A stretch of DNA of 64,000 nucleotides from Candidatus Binatia bacterium (GCA_963664395.2 OY761159.2:2368001-2432000), one strand, 5' to 3'. Counted from the first letter of the stretch, positions 29,602 through 42,872 are shown. Made by a program: numbers and translations. The notes: generated from the letters alone by a model not told the origin.

Positions 29602-32600
29602 TCAGGCGGCCCAACCCGCGGACAGCACCTCGGCCTGTTCCAGCACAGTCCGCGTCGCTCGTTCCTGCTTGTCGGGTGGATAACCGTGTTTACGCAGAAT
29701 GCGCTTGACCAGGCGACGCAGGTTGGCGCGGACATTCTCGCGCAGCGTCCAGTCTATGGTAACGTTGTTGCGTACCGTCTTCACCAACTCACGGGCGATA
29801 TCGCGCAGGGTTTCGTCGCCAAGCACCTGAACCGCGCTATCATTCGTTTCGAGCGCGTCGTAGAACGCGACCTCGTCTTCCGACAGGCCGAGTTTGTCGC
29901 CGCGCGCGCTTGCCTCGCGCAACTCCTGGGCAAGCTGGATCAGCTCTTCAATCACCTGCGCGGCTTCGACGGCCCGGTTCTGATAACGCCGCAGGGTTTG
30001 TTCCAGCATCTCGGCGAACGACCGCGCTTGGACAACGTTTTTCCGGCGGCGGACAGCGAGTTCGCCTTTCAATAATTTCTGCAACAGTTCGACCGCGAGG
30101 TTGCGCTGCGGCATATCTCGCACCTCGGCCAGGAATTCATCCGACAGGACCGAGATATCGGGCTTGTCCAGCCCGGCGGCGGAGAAGATGTCGATCACTC
30201 CTTCCGACGCCACCGCACGCGAAACGATCTGGCGCACCGCGTGGTCCAACTCTTCCTCGGGACGGGCATCGCCGGACACTCGTTTGGCGAGACTCCCCCG
30301 GACGGCCTGAAAGAACCCTATCTCGTCTCGAATGTGCAGCGCGGCTTCATGCGGGACGGCCAGGGCAAATGCCTGAGACAATTCTCGTACTGCGGCCAGG
30401 TAACGATCCTTGCCGTTCTCCTGGGCCAGGATATGTTCTTGCGCCGCCGGCAACAGGGCCAGCCGTTCCACCGGTGCGCCGGTGATCCATTTCGAGCGGT
30501 CAAAGCCGTGGAACAGATCGCAACAGACCTCATATTTCTCCCGCATCACGTCTACCGCTTGCTCCTGGTCGAATGCGGTTTCTCCAGTGCCGCCGCTCTG
30601 AGTGTAGGTCGCCAATGCACGTTTCAGTTCATGCGCCAGACCCAGATAATCCACTACCAGCCCGCCCGGCTTGTCCCGGAACACACGGTTGACCCGAGCG
30701 ATGGCCTGCATCAGGCCGTGGCCGCGCATGGGCTTGTCCACATACATGGTGTGCAGGCTCGGCGCATCAAAGCCGGTCAGCCACATGTCGCGCACCAGTA
30801 CCAGGCACAGCGAGTCGCCGGGGTCGCGGAAGCGTTTGGCCAATGCCTCGCGCTGCGACTTGGCGCGAATATGTGGCTGCCAAGCGGGAGGGTCGGATGC
30901 CGAACCGGTCATCACGACTTTAATCTGTCCCTTGTCATCTTCCTCCCGATGCCAGTCCGGGCGCAGCCGCACCAACTCACGGTACAGCTCGATGCAAATG
31001 CGCCGACTCATGCAGACGACCATGGCCTTGCCGTCGAGCGCTTCCAGGCGCTGCTCAAAGTGGGCGACGATATCCTGAGCGATCAGCTTCAAGCGCTTTT
31101 CAGTGCCGACAATCGCCTCAAGTTGCGCCCATTTGGTTTTAAGCTTCTCCTGACGAGCGATCTCCTCGCCTTCGGTTGCTTCCTCGAAGCCGGGATCAAT
31201 GTTCGGTCGCTCGCTCTCGTCGAGTGAGAGCTTGGCCAGCCGACTCTCGTAGTAGATTGGCACGGTAGCTTTATCCTCGACCGCCCGCTGAATATCGTAG
31301 ACGCTGATGTAGTCGCCGAACACGGCTCGGGTGTTGGCATCCTGCAACTCAATCGGCGTGCCGGTGAAGCCGACAAACGAGGCATGCGGCAAGGCGTCTC
31401 GCATATGCCGCGCGTAGCCGTCGATGAAGTCGTACTGGCTGCGGTGGGCCTCGTCGGCAATGACTACGATGTTGCGCCGCTCCGACAGCAATGGATGCTG
31501 GCCATCTTTCTCCTCTGGGAAGAACTTCTGAATGGTGGTAAAGACCACGCCGCCCGACTCGACGGCGAGCTTGGCGCGCAGGTCGGCCCGGCTTTCTGCC
31601 TGCATTGGCGGCTGGCGCAACAGGTCACGACAACGCGCGAACGTGCCAAAGAGTTGGTCGTCCAGGTCGTTGCGGTCGGTCAACACCACCACGGTCGGGT
31701 TCGCCATCGCCAGCTCACGGACGATGCGCCCGGCATAGAAGGCCATCGTCAGGCTCTTGCCCGACCCCTGGGTGTGCCACACCACGCCGATGCGCCGGTC
31801 GCCAGGCTCGCCTCCGGGTTTGCGGCCCGACTCATAACGGCCAAACCGCTCGACAACCTGCCCGGCCGCCAATTCCAACTCCGTAGCGCGTAGCGTCTCA
31901 GTAACGGCAACCCTGACCGCGTGGAGCTGGTGATAGCCGGCCATTTTCTTGACCAGGACGCCGCTGCCGTCATCCTCGAACACGATGAAGTCGCGGACCA
32001 ACGAAAGAAAGCGTCCCGGTAGGCAAACGCCTTCGAGCATGACCTGCAATTCGGGCATATGCGAGTCGGCCAGTGTTTCGCCCGAGATCGTGCGCCAGGG
32101 CTTGAACCATTCCCGCCCGGCGGTCAGCGTACCAATACGAGCTTCGACCCCGTCCGAGACCAGCAGCGCCGCGTTCATGCTGAACAGCGTCGGCAGTTCG
32201 GCCTTATAGGTTTGGAGCTGTTGCCAGGCGGTCCAGATGGTCGCGTCTTCGTCTGCCGGGTTCTTGAGTTCGATGACCCCGAGCGGCAGGCCGTTGACGA
32301 ACAGCACCACATCGGGCCGGCGCTCGTGCTTATTCTCAACAACCGTCAACTGATTGACCGCCAGCCAGTCGTTATTGATGGGAGTGTCGAAATCAATCAC
32401 TCGCGCCTGCGCGCCACGTACCGTCCCGTTGTCCGTGCGATACTCTACGGTCACGCCGTCTACGAGCATGCGGTGAAAGGCACGGTTGCGGGCCTCAGGT
32501 GTTGGCCCGTCCGGGTGGGTCAGCTTACGAAAAGTGTCGTCCAGGGCTTCGGTCGGCAGGTTGGGGTTGAGTAGAGCGAGGGTATCGCGCAGCCGCCGTT

Positions 32601-32742
32601 CCAGCACCACCGCTCCGTAGTCGCTGCGCTCTGCACTCGGCGTATCGGGCGCGATGTCGGGGCCGTGGGCGATGCTCCAGCCAAGGCTTTCGAGCCAGGC
32701 CAGGGCGGCCTCTTCGACAGTGGATTCGGTGAAGATTGTCAC
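29602..32742 (-). CDS. hsdR: type I restriction endonuclease subunit R
   Basis: RPD...IELKN nuclease motif; [14 protein letters not shown] and QAIARVNR; probable GTG start at 32742. Confidence 0.95.
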   Translation of the reverse strand: MTIFTESTVEEAALAWLESLGWSIAHGPDIAPDTPSAERSDYGAVVLERRLRDTLALLNPNLPTEALDDTFRKLTHPDGPTPEARNRAFHRMLVDGVTVEYRTDNGTVRGAQARVIDFDTPINNDWLAVNQLTVVENKHERRPDVVLFVNGLPLGVIELKNPADEDATIWTAWQQLQTYKAELPTLFSMNAALLVSDGVEARIGTLTAGREWFKPWRTISGETLADSHMPELQVMLEGVCLPGRFLSLVRDFIVFEDDGSGVLVKKMAGYHQLHAVRVAVTETLRATELELAAGQVVERFGRYESGRKPGGEPGDRRIGVVWHTQGSGKSLTMAFYAGRIVRELAMANPTVVVLTDRNDLDDQLFGTFARCRDLLRQPPMQAESRADLRAKLAVESGGVVFTTIQKFFPEEKDGQHPLLSERRNIVVIADEAHRSQYDFIDGYARHMRDALPHASFVGFTGTPIELQDANTRAVFGDYISVYDIQRAVEDKATVPIYYESRLAKLSLDESERPNIDPGFEEATEGEEIARQEKLKTKWAQLEAIVGTEKRLKLIAQDIVAHFEQRLEALDGKAMVVCMSRRICIELYRELVRLRPDWHREEDDKGQIKVVMTGSASDPPAWQPHIRAKSQREALAKRFRDPGDSLCLVLVRDMWLTGFDAPSLHTMYVDKPMRGHGLMQAIARVNRVFRDKPGGLVVDYLGLAHELKRALATYTQSGGTGETAFDQEQAVDVMREKYEVCCDLFHGFDRSKWITGAPVERLALLPAAQEHILAQENGKDRYLAAVRELSQAFALAVPHEAALHIRDEIGFFQAVRGSLAKRVSGDARPEEELDHAVRQIVSRAVASEGVIDIFSAAGLDKPDISVLSDEFLAEVRDMPQRNLAVELLQKLLKGELAVRRRKNVVQARSFAEMLEQTLRRYQNRAVEAAQVIEELIQLAQELREASARGDKLGLSEDEVAFYDALETNDSAVQVLGDETLRDIARELVKTVRNNVTIDWTLRENVRANLRRLVKRILRKHGYPPDKQERATRTVLEQAEVLSAGWAA

Positions 32743-32747
32743 TGTAG

Positions 32748-33251
32748 TCAAATAAGGAAGTCGCGTTTTACCCAAAACAGTGAGATAAGGAGAATGATAT
32801 GGAGGACAACAAAGGCTATCGGAATCCACTTTTCTATGCGAGTTACGGCACTATAGGATGGCCCACGACCCTCTCCGGCCAACTGCCACTCATAGGCATA
32901 CAGCGCAACTGGTAAATGTTCTTCGAGTTGGTGGATTATTTGGAATTTGACAGTATTCAGGTCTCTATGGGACTGAATGATCTGGTACCAAAGCCAAGAG
33001 ACCAGGATGCCGAGTATCGGAACCAGCGTCGCCCAATAGCTCTGTACGGAACCTTCAGATTGAATGCCGTATAGGGTAACGAGCGCGATGTTGAGTGTGA
33101 GAAGATATCGACTCGAAGCCACCCGTCGTGCGCTGACATTCTCGGCTGACTGTACATACATCTTATATTGCTCAAGGAGGTCCGTGCCGAAGGAATCACC
33201 ATACGTCTCTTTCGTGTAATGAATCAGACACCCATTCGACTGCTGGGACAT
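32748..33251 (-). CDS. small integral membrane protein, putative effector paired with the TIR protein
   Basis: About three hydrophobic helices; LEQYK.YV.SA..S.RR, KF.II..LE..LP...Y..EW pattern. Confidence 0.65.
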   Translation of the reverse strand: MSQQSNGCLIHYTKETYGDSFGTDLLEQYKMYVQSAENVSARRVASSRYLLTLNIALVTLYGIQSEGSVQSYWATLVPILGILVSWLWYQIIQSHRDLNTVKFQIIHQLEEHLPVALYAYEWQLAGEGRGPSYSAVTRIEKWIPIAFVVLHIILLISLFWVKRDFLI

Positions 33252-33255
33252 CAGG

Positions 33256-33645
33256 CTATCTCTCTCCGTTAATCAGTCGTCTCAGGTCTTCCCATTTCCA
33301 TCTGTACATATTGTCCGAACTACGTGCCGACCTTGGCTTTTTGCAAGTCTTGCGCCTCCGGCCTTTCAGCAGGAAGTACGGCTTTTTTTCCTCATGTAAG
33401 ATAGTGACCTCTGCTGTCACTCCAGCCGCATCATGAGTATGTTCTCCGCAGATGACGATAGTAAGGTCGGTTCTGCGTATAATATCCCGGACTTTCTTCT
33501 TCCACTTTTCGGTTATCGGCTCCCTCAAAGACCAATCCGTGATGCTGAATGGCGAGTCCTGGTCCTTTGCTTGCCCAACCAAAGACCCCCGGAGGTTATT
33601 ATCGTGGTCAAAGTCGAAACTGATGAAGACACTTTTCGTAGCCAT
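33256..33645 (-). CDS. TIR-like domain protein (DUF1863/MTH538, Thoeris ThsB-like)
   Basis: VFISFDFDHD, DWSLRE, IVICGEHT and GVTAEV (Glu at the expected catalytic position). Confidence 0.85.
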   Translation of the reverse strand: MATKSVFISFDFDHDNNLRGSLVGQAKDQDSPFSITDWSLREPITEKWKKKVRDIIRRTDLTIVICGEHTHDAAGVTAEVTILHEEKKPYFLLKGRRRKTCKKPRSARSSDNMYRWKWEDLRRLINGER

Positions 33646-33654
33646 GACTCAACC

Positions 33655-35112
33655 TCATTTCCTTAGAGATGCCCGATTCGACAATTTCATCACAAGATTA
33701 GAAGCATAGTCTTTCGTACTCTCTCTTTTAACTGTGATCCTCACGGGAACGATCTTTTTGGCTGGACTCGATAGGTTTTCGGCGTGAATTTCGCATTCAA
33801 TCGCACCCTGAATTTCATCTTGGTCACTAGCGGCGAAGATTTCGAACTTAAAGCACTTTTCAGCAATTCCATGACGCCATTGTTCACATTCCAGCCTAAA
33901 CGATTCCACCGGTATCAGAGGTTGATCGGGTTTATAGTAGAAAGCATCAGGGTCACGTGAGTGAAATCGCGTCATATCTGGATTGAGTGATGGCGGGAGA
34001 CGGAACAACGAATCAGGGACGTCGCGATAAGCCAAATCGGTAATCCGTCGGCTCTTCGGTGGTTCCGGTGGTCCCGGAAGGGGCCTGTCGAGTATTCTCC
34101 GCCTTTTTGAGTGTTCGTTGTCTTCTGGTTGCGGAGGACAGATTTTGAAATTTCCCTTTGATGTAATAACTACCAGGGCGTTCTTCCCTGGCCGACTTCC
34201 TTTATTTGTTACGACAAAGCGGAAAACCGGCGCCCCTGCTTCGCGTAGTAATGCCCGATGCAGATTGGATAGTACCTTTTTGCACTTTTTTATCCACGCC
34301 GGATATTCCTCTTCTCTGTATTTATCGATATCTCCCTCTGACGGAGGACTATACAATCCACTCATTTCGCGTATGTCTCCAAACGTAGAGACTCTACCGG
34401 TCCGTCCGTAAGAACCGAACGTCACGATGGGGAATTTGTCTTTTAACTGGTCCATAAACGTGGATATTTCACGTTCGTTCAGAGGTCCAAAGGGACATGG
34501 GACCTCAAGAACGTCGATTTCGCTTTCGTTGTCGTCCAAACACTTAATCTGGAACTCAGGCTCAGTTTTCCTCAAGCGAGTAACTTCTTCTTTTAGGCGT
34601 CGATTTTCTCTTTCTTTCTCATTACTTTCGGGCGGTAGCAACCAAGCGTCTTGGATCTTAACAAATGGTAAATCAAGACTTCTCGCCGTCATCATTGGGC
34701 CAGTATCATGAGTGAGTAGCCGGACATCCGCCTCAGGATGCTGCTGCTTGTATTGATGCAGAAAGCCGACAATCTCATCGTCGGCTTTGGTGTAATCAAG
34801 ACGACCTTTCACCTCTGGACTGGGGACACTGGATGACTCTAGCATCAGCTTGACTTGTGGACCCTTTTCCCGAATGACGCTGCAATCCTTTTCAATGATG
34901 CTTCGAAATAGGGAGGAGGTCTTGCGAGCGCGTTGGGCAACTCGGCCGTTCCCGCGATGTTTTTGCTGGTCTATCTCCCGTTGAACCGTGCGGCAAACAA
35001 TCAAATGGACCTCTTCAAAATCTGCCCACTCTGACCAGTCGAGTTCTTCCAGAGGGCGGCATTGAATGAACAAGTTCGTATCAGGAAAGAAGGAGAGGAT
35101 ACGTGTTGTCAT
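33655..35112 (-). CDS. PIN-domain protein with coiled coil and unknown C-terminal domain
   Basis: FPDTN, VQREID, ADDEI and LLTHD give the PIN acidic tetrad. Confidence 0.8.
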   Translation of the reverse strand: MTTRILSFFPDTNLFIQCRPLEELDWSEWADFEEVHLIVCRTVQREIDQQKHRGNGRVAQRARKTSSLFRSIIEKDCSVIREKGPQVKLMLESSSVPSPEVKGRLDYTKADDEIVGFLHQYKQQHPEADVRLLTHDTGPMMTARSLDLPFVKIQDAWLLPPESNEKERENRRLKEEVTRLRKTEPEFQIKCLDDNESEIDVLEVPCPFGPLNEREISTFMDQLKDKFPIVTFGSYGRTGRVSTFGDIREMSGLYSPPSEGDIDKYREEEYPAWIKKCKKVLSNLHRALLREAGAPVFRFVVTNKGSRPGKNALVVITSKGNFKICPPQPEDNEHSKRRRILDRPLPGPPEPPKSRRITDLAYRDVPDSLFRLPPSLNPDMTRFHSRDPDAFYYKPDQPLIPVESFRLECEQWRHGIAEKCFKFEIFAASDQDEIQGAIECEIHAENLSSPAKKIVPVRITVKRESTKDYASNLVMKLSNRASLRK

Positions 35113-35137
35113 TCTTACTTCCTCTTTGAGAATCGTT

Positions 35138-36532
35138 TCACACCCCCACCCGTGACTCGCCAGAAATGAGCTTGGGCAACAGCGTGTCTCGCAAGGTAGC
35201 AAGAGTTCGGGATTTCTCTGCATTCCGAGAAGCGAGCAAAAAGAAGGGCTGAACTATCTTGCCAAACACTTTCGAGACCTTACCTCTGCCGGGAAGTGGT
35301 AGCCGGTAATTTGAGAGGGCGCTTACAGGGACTCGCTGGCGGCCGCTCGAACCCGTCATACTTTGAATGGCAAACTCGCGGAAGCCAGCGCTCCGTGCGA
35401 GACAATAGGCAAATTCATCAGGAAGCGGAGGTTTAGACCGCATGACAATATACTCGGTCGAGCCCCACCCGACCGTATCTTTCTCCAAGAAATCGACATG
35501 CGCCGTCTTCCCGTTTTCCAGGCACGGCGTAATACGGGCGACAAGGGTATCTCCGTTGGCAAAACGCGTTCCCGAACCAAAAGGCCGATCTACCACCGTG
35601 TTCGGTGTATGACCTTTCGTTGGCATGTTTGCCATATCGAGATACGGGGCTACTTCTCCTTTTCGGAGAGGCCGCGTCGGATTGATATCAATTGCTTCAG
35701 GAAGTGGCTTTACCTCCCACCCCGCCGGTATCTCACCCAACTCCGAATCGACAAAGTGGTCGGGGAATAACGCCGCAATGCTTGGGTCCATCCGGTCAAG
35801 ATATGCACGGGCGCGTTCCACGGTCCAATCAAGGGGGGCGAGATTGGCGGCGTGACGCTTGAGGGCGGCTTTGGCATGAACGGGGTCGAAGTATATGAAC
35901 CAACTCTTGAAGAGCGCCCGCGTCATCTCTTCGAGTGTTTCGTTCATGCGGCGGTTGAGTTCGATCTTGTCGTCCAGGGTTCCAAGGATGTGGGCGATGG
36001 TGTGTTGTTCGGGGAGGGGTGGAATAGACAGGCTGAAATTTGGGATGTCCACGCACTTCAAACTGTCGAATATGGCTCCAACATTGATATACATTCTGAC
36101 TTGATCCCACCATTGAGGACCACGAACAAGCCATCGGAGAAATGGCTTTAACACCTTTGTTCCGTCAGACCGGAGTAAGACCAAGTTTTGTCCCAGCGCA
36201 AATTCAAAATCCTCTGGGACATTTCCGGTTTCGCCAGGATTGCATCGTCGAGACAGCACGATATCGTAGGGTCTGGGGTTCGCCTTCCGTGTCCATTCCT
36301 CGAAGTGTTCACGAGTTATGCGGCGAGCACCGTTAAGATCAATCCGACCATCCTTAACCTGTGGGATTGCAACGTAGGGAAAGCCACTTTCTGAAGCTGG
36401 TGGAGTGCGGTGCTCGCAGTCAATCAGCGAAATTCCGGCCTCACGGAGCGAAAGAACCGGCCACCCACCTTCGGACCCCACTTTTTTCACTCCTTTCCGA
36501 ACCACTGCGTTTGTCATGCGGCCCTGCGTCAA
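35138..36532 (-). CDS. hsdS: type I R-M specificity subunit S
   Basis: PPLPEQHTIAHILGTLDDKIELNRRMN and LRDTLLPKLISGE conserved regions; two TRDs; start uncertain. Confidence 0.93.
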   Translation of the reverse strand: MTQGRMTNAVVRKGVKKVGSEGGWPVLSLREAGISLIDCEHRTPPASESGFPYVAIPQVKDGRIDLNGARRITREHFEEWTRKANPRPYDIVLSRRCNPGETGNVPEDFEFALGQNLVLLRSDGTKVLKPFLRWLVRGPQWWDQVRMYINVGAIFDSLKCVDIPNFSLSIPPLPEQHTIAHILGTLDDKIELNRRMNETLEEMTRALFKSWFIYFDPVHAKAALKRHAANLAPLDWTVERARAYLDRMDPSIAALFPDHFVDSELGEIPAGWEVKPLPEAIDINPTRPLRKGEVAPYLDMANMPTKGHTPNTVVDRPFGSGTRFANGDTLVARITPCLENGKTAHVDFLEKDTVGWGSTEYIVMRSKPPLPDEFAYCLARSAGFREFAIQSMTGSSGRQRVPVSALSNYRLPLPGRGKVSKVFGKIVQPFFLLASRNAEKSRTLATLRDTLLPKLISGESRVGV

Positions 36533-36727
36533 TTCGACGCCCGATGAAACACCAAAGCGTCCACGATGTCGCCGGTACTCGGCGCTTCCTTGCGGCGTAA
36601 ATCCGGTTTCTCATGCTGTCCTTCCCAGTCCTCGGTTCCAACATCCAGTTGGATTTTGGTGACTGAGATACGATCTGGCGCTATGTCGTCGAAGCCGCCT
36701 TCGTAGCCGTTCACGACCACGCGCAGG

Positions 36728-38461
<1,734 letters not shown>

Positions 38462-38571
38462 GTGCTGTTTCTCCCGTTCTCGTCACACCGACGCGGCTTG
38501 ACCCTGATCCGCCTTGACTGAGCCGGTGCGTATGGGCTGTGTTTGAATATGCAGGCAGGGACACGGCGGTG

Positions 38572-39360
38572 CTATTTCCCCTCAAAGCGGGGGCGGCGTT
38601 TTTCCATGAACGCTTTTACCCCTTCTTGGTAGTCCTGGCTCCCGAAGCAACGGGTTGACCAAGTCTTGACGGCATCCATGTCGCGCAGGGTGGCCGCTTT
38701 GGCACTCTCTCGGACGAAAAACTTGTGGGCCGCCACACTCAAGGGAGCGTTATCAGCCATCTTGAGCGCGTATTCACGGGTATAGGATTCAAGCTCGGCC
38801 TTGGGCAGGACGCGATTGACCAGACCCATATGGGCCGCCTCTTCGGCGTTATAGACCCGGGCGGTCATAAGAATCTCGGCCGCGTTGGAGACTCCGACGA
38901 TATGGACGAGCCGTTCGACCCCCCGCTCAAGTGGATAGGCAATACCCAGACGGGCGGCCGGAATCCCAAAGCGGGCATCATCGGCACACAGCCGCAGGTC
39001 GCACATGACGGCCACCGAACAGCCCCCGCCCATGCAGAAGCCATGAATCATGGTGATGACCGGCTTTTCCAAGCCGGCGAGCGATTTTAGCGCTCCGTCT
39101 ACCGCCTGGTTATAGCCCCGCGTTGTCTCAGCCCCGGAGCGGACCTTGCCAAACTGCGAAATATCGGCACCTGAGACAAAGGCTTCCTCGCCCGCGCCGC
39201 GCAGGAGGAGGACGCGGAGATCATCATCGGCGGCGACCTCGGCGACGAGTTGTGGCAGGGTGTGCCACATGTCAAGGTCAACCGCATTGCGACGCTCGGG
39301 TTTGTTGAAGACAATCCAGGCTAAAGGGGGCTCTTTGTGAAGAAGGAGTGTGTCTGACAT
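38572..39360 (-). CDS. enoyl-CoA hydratase/isomerase family protein
   Basis: AFVSGADISQF, GFCMGGG, FGIPAARLG and DYQEGVKAFMEKRRP motifs. Confidence 0.92.
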   Translation of the reverse strand: MSDTLLLHKEPPLAWIVFNKPERRNAVDLDMWHTLPQLVAEVAADDDLRVLLLRGAGEEAFVSGADISQFGKVRSGAETTRGYNQAVDGALKSLAGLEKPVITMIHGFCMGGGCSVAVMCDLRLCADDARFGIPAARLGIAYPLERGVERLVHIVGVSNAAEILMTARVYNAEEAAHMGLVNRVLPKAELESYTREYALKMADNAPLSVAAHKFFVRESAKAATLRDMDAVKTWSTRCFGSQDYQEGVKAFMEKRRPRFEGK

Positions 39361-39639
39361 CGCGAGCTCCTGTGTTTTTTCTTTTGCGCGGTTGCGTCCG
39401 CCAACCATAGCGCTCTGGCTGGGGTGTTGTCCATTGCTGTGTCTCTTCGCTCGCCCTCACCCGGAATGTTCCGGCTGCCTGGTATTCCTTCTCTATCCAG
39501 TGTATCATCACGATAAAAGAAGTTGACTTTTAATGCGCCCTTTCTCTAGCAGAAATATTCTTTCACAAACTTCATACGACCCCCTGCCGTAGTGACACAC
39601 GTTGCGTAATTTTAGCGGCAGGAAAGACAGGGGGAAAAC

Positions 39640-40713
39640 ATGGCAGATGGCTGGCAAAATAAAGGAGGCGCTTCGCCTAGCGAGGAACTCCTCCAAGGTC
39701 TTGAAGACCTGAAACGGACCATACAACGTTTTACCAAAGGGGCTGGTGTCTGGCTAATCGTCGCCGCCCTTGCGCTGTTGTGGCTTGGCTCCGGTTTCTA
39801 TGTGGTCGGTCCGAGCGAACAGGGTATCGTGCTGCGTTTTGGCGCAGTGGTGAATGAAATGGGCCCTGGCTTGCGCTTCCATATGCCGTGGCCGATTGAA
39901 AAACATGTTGTGGTGGATATTGCGCGGGTGCGCAGCTCCCAAGTCGGCTACCGTCCGTCGGCAGCAGCACCGGGACGGAGCGGTGGGAGCGGTACCCGTA
40001 CAATTCCACAAGAAGCCTTGATGTTGACCGGAGACGAAAACATCGTTGAGGTCAACCTGGTGGTGCAGTATCGCATTCAGGACCCGGTCAAATATCTTTT
40101 TGGTGCCTATGAGCCGGAGGGAATGCTGCACTCATCGGCAGAGGTCGCTCTGCGCAGTGCGGTTGGCGGGAATACGATTGACTACACGATGACCGACGGC
40201 CGGCTTGAGGTGCAGGAGCAGGCCAAGAGCGCGCTCCAGGGACTTCTGGACGTGTATCAAACCGGCCTGTTCGTCACCGAGGCCCGCCTGCTTGCCGTCG
40301 ATCCTCCCAATGAAGTGCGGGATGCCTTTAACGATGTCGTCCGGGCCCTGGAAGACCGAGACCGCCTGCGCCAGGAGGCTGAAGGCTATCAGGAAGACGT
40401 CGTGCCCAAGGCGCGGGGTGAGGCGGCCCAGATGATACAGCAAGCAGAAGGGTACAAGGCGCAGCGGGTCATCCGCGCCCAAGGTGACGCCGAGCGTTTT
40501 CTGCGCATCCTGGCCGAATATGAGAAATCCAAGGCGGTGACACGCGACCGGCTCTACTTGGAAAGTGTCGAGCGGATCATGCCCACTATGGAAAAATTCA
40601 TTATGGATGCACAGAACAGCGGGGGTGTTGTGCCCCTGTTGCCGCTGAAGGATCTTGGCTCAGGCGCGGCCGCGGCCGCGGCCGGTGCCGTGGTGAGTCA
40701 GGAGGCGAGATAA
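39640..40713 (+). CDS. hflK: FtsH protease modulator HflK
   Basis: SPFH domain; MLTGDENIV, VPKARGEA and VTRDRLYLE motifs. Confidence 0.95.
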   Translation: MADGWQNKGGASPSEELLQGLEDLKRTIQRFTKGAGVWLIVAALALLWLGSGFYVVGPSEQGIVLRFGAVVNEMGPGLRFHMPWPIEKHVVVDIARVRSSQVGYRPSAAAPGRSGGSGTRTIPQEALMLTGDENIVEVNLVVQYRIQDPVKYLFGAYEPEGMLHSSAEVALRSAVGGNTIDYTMTDGRLEVQEQAKSALQGLLDVYQTGLFVTEARLLAVDPPNEVRDAFNDVVRALEDRDRLRQEAEGYQEDVVPKARGEAAQMIQQAEGYKAQRVIRAQGDAERFLRILAEYEKSKAVTRDRLYLESVERIMPTMEKFIMDAQNSGGVVPLLPLKDLGSGAAAAAAGAVVSQEAR

Positions 40714-41580
40714 ATGGTACTGCGATTAGTTGTCGGGCTGGGTTTAGTCCTTGTCTTTGTGGCTGCCCAAGCTGCTTTCACTATTGGTGAGTGGGAGCAG
40801 GGGATGGTGGTGCAGTTCGGGAATCCCAAGCGTATCATTCAGGAGCCCGGTTTATACTTTAAGTTGCCGATGGCCCAAAATCTGGTCCGCTTTGAAAAAC
40901 GTGTCCTCACGACAGATGCCCGCGAGTCCGAATACATCACGCTCGATAAAAAGCGTGTCCTGGTGGACCATGTTTCCCGCTGGCGTATCGAAGACCCCCT
41001 CCAGTTCTACCGGAGTGTACGCGACCGCCGCCGGGCCATGGCCCGGCTGGATGACATTATTTCCGCCCGTCTCCGGCAGGAAATTGCCACGCACAATTTT
41101 CTGGACCTGATCCGCGAGAAACGCGAAGACATTATGGCTATTGTCACCAGGGATACGCGCGAGACCGCGAAGTCTTTTGGGATTGAAGTCACCGATGTCA
41201 GGATCAAGCGGCTCGATCTGCCTGAAGCAGTGCAGGCCAGCGTGTTTGCGCGTATGCGAGCGGAGCGGGAACGGATTGCCAAGCGCTACCGGGCCGAAGG
41301 GGAAGAGCAGGCGCAGCATCTCCGGGCGGTCGCTGACCGGGAGCGTGAAGTGATCCTCGCCACGGCGTATGAGTCGAGCGAAAAGCTGAAAGGCGCGGGC
41401 GATGCCGAGGCAACGAGTACGTATGGGCAGGCGTTTGGGCAGGATGCAGAGTTCTATGCCTTTACGCGTCGGCTCCAGGCGTATGAGAAAATTCTGAGCA
41501 ACGACACGACTTTGATCTTGAATACCGACTCGGAACTCCTGAGCTATTTGCAGGGGCCGGGGCAGGGCCTGAGCGAATAG
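40714..41580 (+). CDS. hflC: FtsH protease modulator HflC
   Basis: PGLYFKLP, TLDKK, DVRIKRLDLP and RMRAER motifs. Confidence 0.95.
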   Translation: MVLRLVVGLGLVLVFVAAQAAFTIGEWEQGMVVQFGNPKRIIQEPGLYFKLPMAQNLVRFEKRVLTTDARESEYITLDKKRVLVDHVSRWRIEDPLQFYRSVRDRRRAMARLDDIISARLRQEIATHNFLDLIREKREDIMAIVTRDTRETAKSFGIEVTDVRIKRLDLPEAVQASVFARMRAERERIAKRYRAEGEEQAQHLRAVADREREVILATAYESSEKLKGAGDAEATSTYGQAFGQDAEFYAFTRRLQAYEKILSNDTTLILNTDSELLSYLQGPGQGLSE

Positions 41581-41594
41581 GCGAGTCGGGGGAC

Positions 41595-41861
41595 ATGCCC
41601 GGACTTTTTCGGCTGCTGCTTTTTCTCGGGATTGGATACCTGATTGTTTCAGGCATCCGACGGCTCTTTCTGCCGGCTGCCGCGTCGAGCCAGAAGCAAG
41701 CCGCACACACTACGGACCTGGACAGCGTGCCCTTAGTCCAAGATCCTCAGTGTGGTCGTTTTGTTCCGCAGAACGAAGCGATTGTGGTGTCACGGCGCGG
41801 TCGGTCCCAAACGCTCTATTTCTGTAGTGAAGAGTGCCGCGCCGCCTACAAGGCTGCATAA
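41595..41861 (+). CDS. membrane-anchored YHS/TRASH-domain protein
   Basis: N-terminal TM helix; QDPQCG...YFCSEEC. Confidence 0.8.
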   Translation: MPGLFRLLLFLGIGYLIVSGIRRLFLPAAASSQKQAAHTTDLDSVPLVQDPQCGRFVPQNEAIVVSRRGRSQTLYFCSEECRAAYKAA

Positions 41862-41872
41862 GGTCCCGACCC

Positions 41873-42787
41873 TTACCGGAATGCCGGAATGATCTCTTCC
41901 CCGATCAGGCGTGTATTTTCGTCAATATAGTCCGTTGGGCAGGCCGAGGGCAGGATGACCGTTTTCGCTCCCGCGTCAATATACTCCTGAAGGCGCTTGC
42001 GACATTCTTCGGGCGTTCCGGCGAGCGCGTATTTGCCGATCAGCTTGGAAAAATCCTGGGCATATTGTTTGCCCAACCGGCTTGCCGCCATCTCCCGACC
42101 TTTCTCGCCGTCCGCATGGGTGGCCGTAAAGATAAACACACCGGGATTAAACGATTCGACATCCCGCCCGTACTCTGTGCGCAGACTTTTGATCTTCTCA
42201 ATACTGTCGTGCAATTGTTCGGGCGTATACATATACGGCAGCCAACCGTCAGCATATTTTGCCGTGCGTTTCATGGCCGGTTCCTTCCGGCCCGCAACCC
42301 AGATGGGCGGACGCGGTTTCTGAACGGGCGCCGGCTCAATACTGACTTCATTCAGCGTGGTGTACTTCCCCTCAAAGGACACGGTTTTCTCGGTCCATAA
42401 GCGACGGATCACTTCGAGGGCTTCGTTGGTACGTGAGCCGCGCTGATTCACGGGCACGCCACACGCCTCGAACTCTTTTGGGAACTCTCCGCCAATGCCC
42501 ACGCCAAAGTTGTAGCGTCCATTTGAGGCCACATCGAGCGCGGCCCCCATTTTTGCCACAAGTGCGGCTGGATATAACGGCAGGAGGACGATGGAGCTGA
42601 GCAGTTTAATCTTCTGTGTTGCGCCGGCCGCAACCGAGAGTGAAATGAATGTGTTGCCGACCGGACCGTGAAACATGACGTGTTCGCCGCAACCGAGGAA
42701 GTCAAAACCTAAGTGCTCTGCACGCTGGGCAAACTCTCCAATATGGTCCATTGTTGGCAAAGCCGTCCCAAATTCAACATCTCCCAT
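41873..42787 (-). CDS. LLM-class flavin/F420-dependent oxidoreductase
   Basis: GEHV, LDVASNGR..GVGIGGE and PPIWVAG motifs. Confidence 0.88.
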   Translation of the reverse strand: MGDVEFGTALPTMDHIGEFAQRAEHLGFDFLGCGEHVMFHGPVGNTFISLSVAAGATQKIKLLSSIVLLPLYPAALVAKMGAALDVASNGRYNFGVGIGGEFPKEFEACGVPVNQRGSRTNEALEVIRRLWTEKTVSFEGKYTTLNEVSIEPAPVQKPRPPIWVAGRKEPAMKRTAKYADGWLPYMYTPEQLHDSIEKIKSLRTEYGRDVESFNPGVFIFTATHADGEKGREMAASRLGKQYAQDFSKLIGKYALAGTPEECRKRLQEYIDAGAKTVILPSACPTDYIDENTRLIGEEIIPAFR

Positions 42788-42872
42788 ACGTCCTCCTACC
42801 GAAGTGATGTTCCCTCATATCTGTGAACGCGGAAAAGAATCAAGCCGTCCCTGGGCCGTCTCTATTCGTGCG

